Positions 8,470 to 16,416 of a DNA stretch of 23,163 nucleotides are shown in pieces. Position 1 is the stretch's first letter, and each line of letters begins with the position of its first letter. This stretch comes from Desulfobacterales bacterium (lineage in GTDB: Bacteria; Desulfobacterota; Desulfobacteria; Desulfobacterales; YD0425bin50), in the NCBI GenBank assembly GCA_015228675.1, contig JADGCZ010000052.1:1-23163 (forward strand). Reading direction: 5' to 3'. Made by a program: the position numbers and the translations under genes. The notes under the pieces were generated by a model, which searched no databases, was not told the DNA's origin, and saw only the letters and a list, made by a program, of their open reading frames with translations.

Positions 8470-9356
8470 GGGAATTTTGATTTCCATACACCCAAACCAT
8501 AGGCTATGCGAAATGGGATAAACATAAGGGATAACACACATTGATGCCATAATCGCCATGATCCAGACCAGAGACGTTTTATATCTATGGCAAATCGAGC
8601 TGTGGATATAACGAAAGGTGCAATTATTCCTAAATTTAAAATTCGGCTCCCCGGTAATGAAGGGTCTATTTTTCGGGAAAGCCATGCAACTTGTCCATAT
8701 CGAAATTCTCTCATCGGGATTTTTTTCCATGTTTGCCCATGATCATGGAAAACGTTTAATGTTGGGATGAATGCAATTTTACCTTGATGTGCAAGTTGTG
8801 AAGCTAAAAGCCGATCACCCGCATATCCGCATTCCTGAATAGATGGATATGACTTGATGGCTGATGAGCGTACAAACAGATTGCATCCCGGAGCATTTTT
8901 TAAAAATTTTATGCGATTATCTTGAAATTCACCGAAATTAGCTACTGCCAAACAAGTGCCAATCAGGTTGTCTTGATGTAAAACCGGCCCGGTAACAGCA
9001 ACAAGATAAGAATGAGATATCATCATGTGCCATCCTGTCCATAACCAATCCTGACAAGGACGACAATCATCATCAAGAAATGCTAAAATGTTTCCATGTG
9101 CTGCCTGACGTCCAAATTCTCTTGATTGATCCGAATTTCCATAGGATACAGCATAACATTTCCACGAATGCTTTTCTTGAGAGATGCACCAGTGTTGAAC
9201 AAATTGAAACACATTCTCTGGGCATTGATCAATAATAAAGATAAATTCTGCTTTCAAATTGTGACAATTCTGTTTGTTTAATGAATAAAACAGGTTTAAC
9301 AGAGAATTACTAGCAGAATGAACTGGTATAATAATCGTAATATCGATTAAAGACAT
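8466..9356 (-). CDS. Family 2 glycosyltransferase
   Basis: The N-terminus ITIIIPVHSASNSLLNLFYSL is GT-A type. There is a DxD-type motif FLDDDCRP, and the size fits GT2. Confidence 0.7.
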   Translation of the reverse strand: MSLIDITIIIPVHSASNSLLNLFYSLNKQNCHNLKAEFIFIIDQCPENVFQFVQHWCISQEKHSWKCYAVSYGNSDQSREFGRQAAHGNILAFLDDDCRPCQDWLWTGWHMMISHSYLVAVTGPVLHQDNLIGTCLAVANFGEFQDNRIKFLKNAPGCNLFVRSSAIKSYPSIQECGYAGDRLLASQLAHQGKIAFIPTLNVFHDHGQTWKKIPMREFRYGQVAWLSRKIDPSLPGSRILNLGIIAPFVISTARFAIDIKRLWSGSWRLWHQCVLSLMFIPFRIAYGLGVWKSKFP

Positions 9357-9513
9357 CTATTTATTTTGTTTCAATTAACTGTTTACTGTTTACATATGAT
9401 AATCTCTTGATGATCAATTATTATAATAATATCAAATAGAAACATTTCTAAGCAAGATAAAAAATAATTAATTTTTCTGAACGCTGAACAATTAACAATT
9501 TATCAATGATCGA

Positions 9514-9542
9514 TTGACATTTAAAAATTTAGCATTTAAGGT
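9514..9542 (+). promoter_or_regulatory. Candidate sigma70-like promoter for the receiver/CheC-like/kinase operon
   Basis: TTGACA at 9514-9519, a 17-nt spacer, then TAAGGT (weak -10), about 65 nt upstream of the 9606 ATG in an AT-rich divergent intergenic region. Confidence 0.2.
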
Positions 9543-9605
9543 AAAAAAATTAAAAGAGACAGGATAGCTATAAGATAAAAGAAAAAAAATAACAGGTGAT
9601 CGTAT

Positions 9606-9965
9606 ATGGCTATAGTGATGATTGTGGATGATTCATGGTTAACAAGACGCGTATTAGCTAACATACTTAAATTAGATGGTTATCAAATCATTGAAGCCAA
9701 TGGGGGGATTCAAGCACTATCCCTTATACAACAAACGCCTCCTGATTGTATGCTTCTTGATCTTTTAATGCCAGATATGGACGGTTATGAAACATTAAAG
9801 CTCATTAAAGATAAGGGATATCATTTTCCAGTGATTATTTTAACTGCCGATATTCAGGATACAGCAAAAGAAAAATGTTTTCAATTAGGTGCTGCGGATT
9901 ACATCAACAAACCTGCCGATGAAAAGACCATTAGATCATTAGTTCATCGCTTCATCAATTCTTAA
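9606..9965 (+). CDS. Stand-alone CheY-like response-regulator receiver domain protein
   Basis: Acidic pocket IVDDS, phospho-acceptor context LLDLLMPDMDG, a T in ILTADIQ and a K in YINKP. It is 119 aa with no output domain. AGGTGA RBS. Confidence 0.85.
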   Translation: MAIVMIVDDSWLTRRVLANILKLDGYQIIEANGGIQALSLIQQTPPDCMLLDLLMPDMDGYETLKLIKDKGYHFPVIILTADIQDTAKEKCFQLGAADYINKPADEKTIRSLVHRFINS

Positions 9966-9982
9966 TTTTTGGAAATTAAATC

Positions 9983-10594
9983 ATGGAATTAACACGTATC
10001 CAGATGGACGCGCTTTCAGAGATCATTAATATCGGAGTAGGTAAAGGCGCAGCAGTATTAAATAAGATATTAAATTCACATATTCAATTACGGGTACCAT
10101 TAGTTAAGATTTTAGATTCTACTGAGTTAATCAATGAATTAAAAGAAATGGGTAACGACAAACTTTCATCAGTGAATTTAGGGTTTAAAGGCACATTGTA
10201 TGGCACAGCACAGTTAATTTTTTCATCTGAAAATGCGTCTGAACTCGTTGCTACGGTTACGGGTGAAGATATACATAATTTGTCTATGGATGATATTAGT
10301 TTTATGCGTTCAGGGACACTTTCTGAAATTGGTAATATTGTATTGAACAGTGTTATGGGAACATTTTCGAATATGCTGTCTTTGCCTCTTCATTTTGTTG
10401 TACCGGGTTATATTGAGGATTATGCTTCGAATCTTTATTTTAAAATGGTTGAAAAAAATACAGCAATCCTTCTTGCAAAAACACAATTTTCAGTTGAAAA
10501 ACTTTCAATTCATGGCGATATTGTGCTCTTGTTTGAAGTGCCATCTATGGATGTCCTAATTCATAGGATTGATCAATATTTTTCACAGGTTTAA
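9983..10594 (+). CDS. CheC/CheX-family CheY-P phosphatase-like protein
   Basis: The N-terminal MDALSEIINIGVGKGAAVLNKIL matches the CheC D-x3-E-x2-N motif plus the NIG(A)G..A consensus. A second degenerate copy is LSEIGNIVLNSVMG. The protein is ~200 aa and sits directly downstream of a CheY-like gene. Confidence 0.6.
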   Translation: MELTRIQMDALSEIINIGVGKGAAVLNKILNSHIQLRVPLVKILDSTELINELKEMGNDKLSSVNLGFKGTLYGTAQLIFSSENASELVATVTGEDIHNLSMDDISFMRSGTLSEIGNIVLNSVMGTFSNMLSLPLHFVVPGYIEDYASNLYFKMVEKNTAILLAKTQFSVEKLSIHGDIVLLFEVPSMDVLIHRIDQYFSQV

Positions 10595-10614
10595 GTTAAA
10601 ATAATATAATATTC

Positions 10615-11841
10615 ATGGACATTTTTAAATTAGCTTTGGAAAAATTCGATGTACTAAACCATACTCCTGTTGGTATGGTGGTTATCAACAGTGAATATCA
10701 AGTTCTGTTTTGGAACCAATGTATTGAATATTGGTCAAATAAACACAGTAATGAAATTCTTGGCACCTCCCTGTTATCACACTACTCTCATTTGAATACA
10801 GACCGATATCTAAGCCGAATAGAAACAATCTTTGAAGGCGGCCCACCCGTCTTATTTTCTACACATCTTCATCAGTATTTTATTCCATGTTTGCTTTCAA
10901 ATGGTCAATGGATGAATCAGAATACAACAATATCGGCGTTTCCTTCATTTGATGGAAATGGACATTACGCATTAATTGCAATTGAAAATGTAACTGAGCT
11001 CACCCAGCGCGTTTTTGAATACAGGCAAATGAGAGACAAAGCATTAAATGAAATCAAACAGCGCGAATTGGCAGAAAAAGAAAAAGAAAAAATTCAGGCT
11101 CAAATGTTACGTGCTCAAAAATTAGAAAGCCTTAGTGTTTTAACAAGAGGAATTGCACATGATTTCAACAACCAATTGATGGGGATTCTTGGCAATGCAT
11201 CAATATTAAAACAACTCGTCCCACAAGATTCAACTTTAATCAAATATGTGGATAAAATTCAGCAAGCTACATTAAAATCAGCCGATTTAACCAAGCAGCT
11301 TATAGACTATACTGGCAAATCTAAAATCATTGCCAATTTTCTTAATTTTAATCAGGTACTTAAAGAATTAAAACCGATCATTGATTCAACGGTATCACCT
11401 CATATTATCGTGAATTATGAATTAGAAAAAGAGTTACCTGATGTCAAAGCAGATACCGCGCAAATTGAAAAAGTCATTATGCACCTTGTGACCAATGCAG
11501 ATGAAGCCATAGGCAATCAGTCCGGACTAATTACCATCCGAACCCATGCAAAACATTTTTCAAAAGAAGAATTGTTTAATGCTCACATTGAAATGAAACT
11601 CCAAGAAGGATTTTTTTCGTATTTTGAAGTTCAGGATACTGGACATGGTATGGACGATAATACGATGTTAAAAATTTTTGATCCTTTTTTCTCCACACGA
11701 TTTATTGGCAGAGGGCTTGGATTAACAATGGTTCTTGGAATAGTGCAAGGACATCGCGGAACTATTTTAATCGAAAGCACTCCTCAAAAAGGATCGTGTT
11801 TTCGAGTATTATTGCCTTCACAGGTCAAAAAACCAGCTTAA
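10615..11841 (+). CDS. PAS-domain sensor histidine kinase (PAS-HisKA-HATPase_c), cytoplasmic
   Basis: An N-terminal PAS-like region is followed by a coiled-coil and the H-box LTRGIAHDFNNQLMGILGNASIL. The N-box is HLVTNADEAI, the G1 box is VQDTGHGMD and the G2 box is GRGLGLTMV. There are no TM segments. Confidence 0.85.
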   Translation: MDIFKLALEKFDVLNHTPVGMVVINSEYQVLFWNQCIEYWSNKHSNEILGTSLLSHYSHLNTDRYLSRIETIFEGGPPVLFSTHLHQYFIPCLLSNGQWMNQNTTISAFPSFDGNGHYALIAIENVTELTQRVFEYRQMRDKALNEIKQRELAEKEKEKIQAQMLRAQKLESLSVLTRGIAHDFNNQLMGILGNASILKQLVPQDSTLIKYVDKIQQATLKSADLTKQLIDYTGKSKIIANFLNFNQVLKELKPIIDSTVSPHIIVNYELEKELPDVKADTAQIEKVIMHLVTNADEAIGNQSGLITIRTHAKHFSKEELFNAHIEMKLQEGFFSYFEVQDTGHGMDDNTMLKIFDPFFSTRFIGRGLGLTMVLGIVQGHRGTILIESTPQKGSCFRVLLPSQVKKPA

Positions 11842-11851
11842 TCCATTTTGG

Positions 11852-13927
11852 TCATTTCTGATCAGCTATATATTCCGATAGAATGGATTGTAAGATAAAA
11901 AATTGATGTTCAAGTTCAAGAATAAGGTGGGGCATCAGCGTTTGTTCTTTTTTATGCGCGAATGATTCTAATCGGTCTGCTGCTTTTTGCATTGATTTTA
12001 GTGATAAATTGGCTGACGCACCTTTAATTGTATGTGCAAGCATTTCGATTCTATCTAACTCATTCGTTTGGCAAGCATCTTTAATCGATTTAATTCTATT
12101 GGGGATATCTGATAAGAAACGGTGTATGAGTTGTTTTATAAGTTCGGGGTTATTATTCGTTCGTTCCAACAATTCCTGATGATTAAAAAAAATGGGGGTA
12201 TCATTGATTTCAGTTTCAGATGGTTGTTTTTTTTCTAACTTCTCCGATTGATGTTCAGAGATCGTTGGATGGTTCAACGTTCTTAAAAAGAGTGCTTGTT
12301 CGACTGTCTGCCTTAAGTCATCAGCAGTAAAGGGTTTTGATAAGTAACCACTCATTCCAGCGTTTAAAAAACGCTCTTTATCACCATCTAACCCATATGC
12401 AGTCATGGCAATGATCGGAATATCTTGGGTATGAAGTTGGATTTCCTGATTTCTAATTTTTTTTGTAAGCTCTAATCCATCCATATCCGGCATCATAATA
12501 TCCATGAGAACTAAGTCATAGGGAATTGACTCAAGCATTTGAATTGCAATTTTTCCATTCGATGCAAAATCCACATTGTATTTCTCTTTTTCAAGTATTG
12601 CCTGTACAATCATTTGAGTTTCATATGTATCCTCTACAACGAGTATATGGGCTTGTAATCCAGAAGAAGACTTTGAACTGGGTTGTTTATGATGTTGCAC
12701 AACAGGTACCCTATTGATTTGGTCTGTAACAGGCTCTTTATGGGATTGCTTTTCAAATATCAACGAAAGCCAAACGGTTGTACCAACACCGTATTTACTT
12801 TTTACATGAATATTTCCTCCCATCATCTCTATTAAACGCTGACACGTAGCCAGTCCAATACCAAGCCCCGGATATTTTCGGGTTAAAGAAGTATCTGCGC
12901 GATAAAATAGCTGGAAGAGTTTCTGTAAATTCTCATCTGATATGCCAATCCCGGAATCAGAGATGGATATATTGAGTTTAATACAGTTATCATGAAGAGG
13001 ATTTGTGAACACATTCATCGTTATTTTACCCTGATGGGTAAATTTGATTGCATTATCCAATAATTGCTGGAGAATATTGAATAATTTACCTGAATCTCCG
13101 CAGAGCTGTAACTCCACGTTTTCTTTGATGTCACAAGTCAATTCTATGTTTTTTTTGTTGGATTTAGGTAAAAACTGCTTCATTAAATCGTCAATCAACA
13201 TCTGTAAATCAAAATTCGAATATTCTACAAGTAAGTCTCCTGATTCAATTCGTGTAAAATTAATGATATCATTGATCAGTTTTAATAATTCATTGGCACT
13301 GTTGTTTAGAATCGTTGTATATTTTATTTGTGTTTCATTGAGTCTTGTTTCCTGTAACAGGCTTGCAATTCCAATAATACCATTCATCGGTGTTCTGAGT
13401 TCATGGCTTATCGTTGCCAGAAAATCTCTTTTTGCCAAATTGGCAATATTGGCAACTTGTTTGGCTTGGATCAATTCAACGTGTTGTCTTTCAGTAATAA
13501 AGGTTAGTTCTATCTGTTTTTTGATTAAATCATTCTTGGTTCTTTTTAATTCAGAGATTAAGTTAACGATTCGTGTTGCGGCTTTTAATCGATAATGCAA
13601 GGTTTCAAAATCAACCGGCTTGATTAGATAATCATCTGCACCAATTTGCATACCTTTTGCTATGGATTCAGACGAATTCGCTATGGTTAAAATAATAATG
13701 TAGGTATAAACGCCAATTTCATTATTTCGGATATGTTGACATAGAGAAAAACCATCCAACTCAGGCATTAAAATATCTGTGATAACGATGCTTGTTTTAT
13801 GATTCTGCCATAGTTCCCATGCTTCCTTCCCATTGTTGGCTTTGAGTACTTCAAAGCCAAGCGTTTCGGAAAAATTATCTAAAACATCCAACGTAATGGG
13901 ATCATCATCAACAATTAATATTTTCAT
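11852..13927 (-). CDS. Hybrid sensor histidine kinase: REC - HisKA - HATPase_c - REC - Hpt
   Basis: The N-terminal receiver is MKILIVDDDPITLD...ITDILMPELDG...LIKP. The H-box is ISHELRTPMNGIIG. The ATPase boxes are LLDNAIKFT, DSGIGI and GLGIGLATCQ. The second receiver is HILVVEDTYE...LMDIMMPDMDG...LSKP. The C-terminal Hpt domain contains LAHTIKGASANLSL. AAGGA RBS. Confidence 0.85.
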   Translation of the reverse strand: MKILIVDDDPITLDVLDNFSETLGFEVLKANNGKEAWELWQNHKTSIVITDILMPELDGFSLCQHIRNNEIGVYTYIIILTIANSSESIAKGMQIGADDYLIKPVDFETLHYRLKAATRIVNLISELKRTKNDLIKKQIELTFITERQHVELIQAKQVANIANLAKRDFLATISHELRTPMNGIIGIASLLQETRLNETQIKYTTILNNSANELLKLINDIINFTRIESGDLLVEYSNFDLQMLIDDLMKQFLPKSNKKNIELTCDIKENVELQLCGDSGKLFNILQQLLDNAIKFTHQGKITMNVFTNPLHDNCIKLNISISDSGIGISDENLQKLFQLFYRADTSLTRKYPGLGIGLATCQRLIEMMGGNIHVKSKYGVGTTVWLSLIFEKQSHKEPVTDQINRVPVVQHHKQPSSKSSSGLQAHILVVEDTYETQMIVQAILEKEKYNVDFASNGKIAIQMLESIPYDLVLMDIMMPDMDGLELTKKIRNQEIQLHTQDIPIIAMTAYGLDGDKERFLNAGMSGYLSKPFTADDLRQTVEQALFLRTLNHPTISEHQSEKLEKKQPSETEINDTPIFFNHQELLERTNNNPELIKQLIHRFLSDIPNRIKSIKDACQTNELDRIEMLAHTIKGASANLSLKSMQKAADRLESFAHKKEQTLMPHLILELEHQFFILQSILSEYIADQK

Positions 13928-13966
13928 GCCTTATTCCTTAACATATAGCAGATCATTTTATCCTTT

Positions 13967-14785
13967 TTATTCTTTAGTAGGTATCGGAGTAGGCGTAGGT
14001 GATGGTGGTGATGATGGCGTAGGCGTAGGCGGTGTACTTGATATTTCAGATAGCAATCTATCGATGATTAAACTAAAATAATTGAGGTCTTGAGCACCTT
14101 GGACAACCACACCATTCACAATAAATACAGGCGTTCCTGTGAATTGAAGTTTATTAGCCTGAGCTTTTTCCTCTTCAATTTGTTTTTGAATGGCTTCAGA
14201 TTGCCGATCTGCATTAAATTGGACAAGATCAAGTCCTAATTGTTTTGCAAATTCTTCAAACATGGGTTCTTTAAGCATAGTTGAATTTTGAAACAGGATA
14301 TCATGATATTCCCAGAATTTTCCCTGTTTATGAGCTGCAAGGCTGGCCTGTGAAGCCATCATCGCTAATTGATGGGAACTCAATGGCAAGTTTTTAAACA
14401 CCAGTTTCACCTTGTCAGAATATTTTTGAAGAACAGAATGCATGGTAATCGCCCCTCTGGAACAATATGGGCATTGAAAATCAGTATATTCAATGATAGT
14501 AATAGGCGCATTGGCAGGCCCTTTAACCGGGTTATTGGGTCTCGGTTCATCAATAACTCTGTTTTTAAAACTCTCATCAATTTTCTGAATTAATTGTTTT
14601 TCACGCATTTGTTTAACATATTCATTTGCGGTTTTATAAATCAGTTCAGGATTGTCTTTGATGACTTGAATAATGAACTCCTTTAAGGCTTTTTCATCCA
14701 TTGATATTTCAGTTGCATAAATCATGTTCTGAGAAAACAAAAACATGATGATCCATAGAGCAAAAAACAAAGTTACGCGTTTCAT
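13967..14785 (-). CDS. DsbA-family periplasmic thiol:disulfide oxidoreductase with a C-terminal Pro/Thr-rich tail
   Basis: The start is taken at the second Met (MKRVTLFFALWIIMFLFSQNMIYA signal peptide), which has AGGAGA 9 nt upstream; the ORF opens at 14806. CxxC active site FQCPYCSRG. The C-terminus is SSTPPTPTPSSPPSPTPTPIPTKE. Confidence 0.75.
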   Translation of the reverse strand: MKRVTLFFALWIIMFLFSQNMIYATEISMDEKALKEFIIQVIKDNPELIYKTANEYVKQMREKQLIQKIDESFKNRVIDEPRPNNPVKGPANAPITIIEYTDFQCPYCSRGAITMHSVLQKYSDKVKLVFKNLPLSSHQLAMMASQASLAAHKQGKFWEYHDILFQNSTMLKEPMFEEFAKQLGLDLVQFNADRQSEAIQKQIEEEKAQANKLQFTGTPVFIVNGVVVQGAQDLNYFSLIIDRLLSEISSTPPTPTPSSPPSPTPTPIPTKE

Positions 14786-14890
14786 TAAACTATTTCTCCT
14801 CTTCATTTAAAAAATTTTGAATTGATGAATTTCAAGAATTAATCTTTTATGCCTTCATTTGTCTTTATGTCAAGCAATTATCTAAGTATT

Positions 14891-14920
14891 TTTGTAAAAG
14901 CAGGCAGGTAAAAGGCCTGC
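14891..14920 (-). terminator. Rho-independent terminator downstream of the YiaAB-like gene on the minus strand
   Basis: On the minus strand: GCAGGC-CTTTTACCT-GCCTGC followed by TTTTACAAAAATAC. Confidence 0.4.
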
Positions 14921-14954
14921 ATCTCCAAAATTCCGCTTATAGCCGAACGGCCGA

Positions 14955-15236
14955 TTATGAAATGTCCTGATCATATTCTTTAAGTATTTTTTCAGTTTTT
15001 GCTGAGCTTATTTTTTTAATCAGTGTTTGAGCTTCATGTTCATCTCTAAGTGTTTTGGAAAGCGTTATGGATGAGCCAATTAAAAAAATCATACCCATTG
15101 TCATATAGCCTTTAACCCAAAAATCTGTTGGTAAAAAGTAAATGCCGCATAGCATCGCCATCACCGATGCAACAAATGAGAGCTTTACAAATAATATCCA
15201 CGATGCAGAATCTCGTTGAATGCCATAGTTTTCCAT
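14955..15236 (-). CDS. Small two-TM membrane protein, YiaA/B two-helix-domain family
   Basis: SWILFVKLSFVASVMAML ... VKGYMTMGMIFLIGSSITLSKTLRDEHE parallels the YiaAB consensus W-TM...EKGYYF..L.LGLF.A.S.QKTVRD. The start is placed at MENYG (AAGGAG 6 nt upstream). The ORF formally extends to 15278, but those extra 14 codons lie inside the palindromic repeat. Confidence 0.5.
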   Translation of the reverse strand: MENYGIQRDSASWILFVKLSFVASVMAMLCGIYFLPTDFWVKGYMTMGMIFLIGSSITLSKTLRDEHEAQTLIKKISSAKTEKILKEYDQDIS

Positions 15237-15261
15237 GTCTATCTCCTTTTTAGGTATCATT

Positions 15262-15400
15262 TTTTTGGCATTGATCATCGTTTCTGCCAGACATTATTCG
15301 TGCCGTGACAGAATTGTAGGGGCGAACCTTGTGTTCGCCCTCCAAAAGGGCGATGACAAGCATCGCCCCTACATTGTGGCCGAAACGAAGATCAATGCCA
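15262..15400. repeat. MITE-like palindromic element, intact copy: imperfect ~20-bp terminal inverted repeats flanking a double-hairpin core
   Basis: The TIRs are GGCATTGATCATCGTTTC ... GAAACGAAGATCAATGCC. The core is TGTAGGGGCGAACCTTGTGTTCGCCCTCCAAAAGGGCGATGACAAGCATCGCCCCTACA. Hairpin 1 is GGCGAAC/GTTCGCC and hairpin 2 is GGGCGATG/CATCGCCC, enclosed by TGTAGGGG/CCCCTACA. The left ~80 bp recur at 21446-21528 with ~95% identity apart from a 12-bp indel. Confidence 0.65.
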
Positions 15401-15428
15401 TTTTTCTATTGGGTTGGTTACAATAAGT

Positions 15429-16100
15429 TTATGAATTCATCGCTTTTTTCATTTCAGCCAATTCCATTTCTACGCGATACTGTTCTTGCTCATGAGCGAT
15501 ATCCATATCCAGCGATTCGGTTTCATTTTCCAATTCATTTAAGGCCTCAATACGCATTTCCATTCCTTCAACCCGATCTTCCATGCGATTAAATTGATCG
15601 ATCAGGCTTGGAAGCGTTTCCAGTGGCATGGATGTAGTATTCAATTGTTCACATGCCATAACTGCCCGCTGACGTGCAACAATAATTTTTTGACGATGCT
15701 TGAGTTGAATCATCTGATTCTGAATTTTCTTTAAGCGTTCCTTTAAGTTATCGCTATTTTTTTTAGCATGTTCCCATGCGATTTCAAGCTTTTCCACAAG
15801 TTGTTGATGCTCATTTTTTCGTAACAATGATTTTCGTGCAAGTTCTTCTTTACCTAAATGAAGCATTTCTTCAGCTTTTTTCTTATAATTACCACATAAT
15901 AGTTGATGCTGATTCAACTCACGTTCAATTCTTTTTTCAGCAGCTATCGCATTAACCACATCTGATTTGGTTTTTACTAAAGCGCATTCCATGTCTTGAA
16001 TAAGCATACTTGAAATGGATTCAGGGTCTTCTATACGTTCAATAGACTGGTTAAGTTTGGCTTTAAATACATACTGTAAACGGTGCATAAAACTTGTCAT
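15429..16100 (-). CDS. pspA: PspA/IM30 (phage-shock protein A / Vipp1) family protein
   Basis: The N-terminus RLQYVFKAKLNQSIERIEDPESISSMLIQDMECALVKTKSDVVNAIAAEKRIERELNQ parallels E. coli PspA [52 protein letters not shown]. It is all-helical coiled coil, 223 aa. AAGGAG RBS. Confidence 0.8.
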   Translation of the reverse strand: MTSFMHRLQYVFKAKLNQSIERIEDPESISSMLIQDMECALVKTKSDVVNAIAAEKRIERELNQHQLLCGNYKKKAEEMLHLGKEELARKSLLRKNEHQQLVEKLEIAWEHAKKNSDNLKERLKKIQNQMIQLKHRQKIIVARQRAVMACEQLNTTSMPLETLPSLIDQFNRMEDRVEGMEMRIEALNELENETESLDMDIAHEQEQYRVEMELAEMKKAMNS

Positions 16101-16416
16101 GATGATTTCTCCTTTTTTAAGTATTATTTTATATCATGTACATTTTTTGTAGGTTGAATATAAAGTATAGCAAACGATATACCAGTCGTGTAATTATTGA
16201 TATCTATCTAATTTTATTATATTTTTTATAGAAAAGCGATCTAATTAAACAAAATAACATCATTAAAGATCAATTTGTGTATTCATTATCTGTAAATATA
16301 GATCATGAAATGTCCATTGAAAAAATAATTGAACTATTGAACTTATTTTGAATAGCTATTATAGATGGTTCATTATATCTTATCTTAATATGACTAAATA
16401 TAATAAGGAGCGAACC

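Noticed and set aside
8329-8730. 133-aa minus-strand ORF overlapping the palindromic array and the 3' end of the GT2 gene
   Set aside because: It runs through hairpin repeats and overlaps a better-supported GT2 reading frame, with no domain signal. It is likely an artefact of the GC-rich palindromes.
12526-14081. Plus-strand ORFs (63, 183 and 82 aa) inside the hybrid kinase and DsbA genes
   Set aside because: They are antisense to strongly supported minus-strand genes. The 82-aa one is merely the complement of the PT-rich tail, read as GVGVG.
15235-15592. Two + strand ORFs (63 and 87 aa) spanning the MITE-like element
   Set aside because: Both are composed largely of repeat sequence, are antisense to the pspA 3' end and the yiaAB-like 5' end, and have no RBS.
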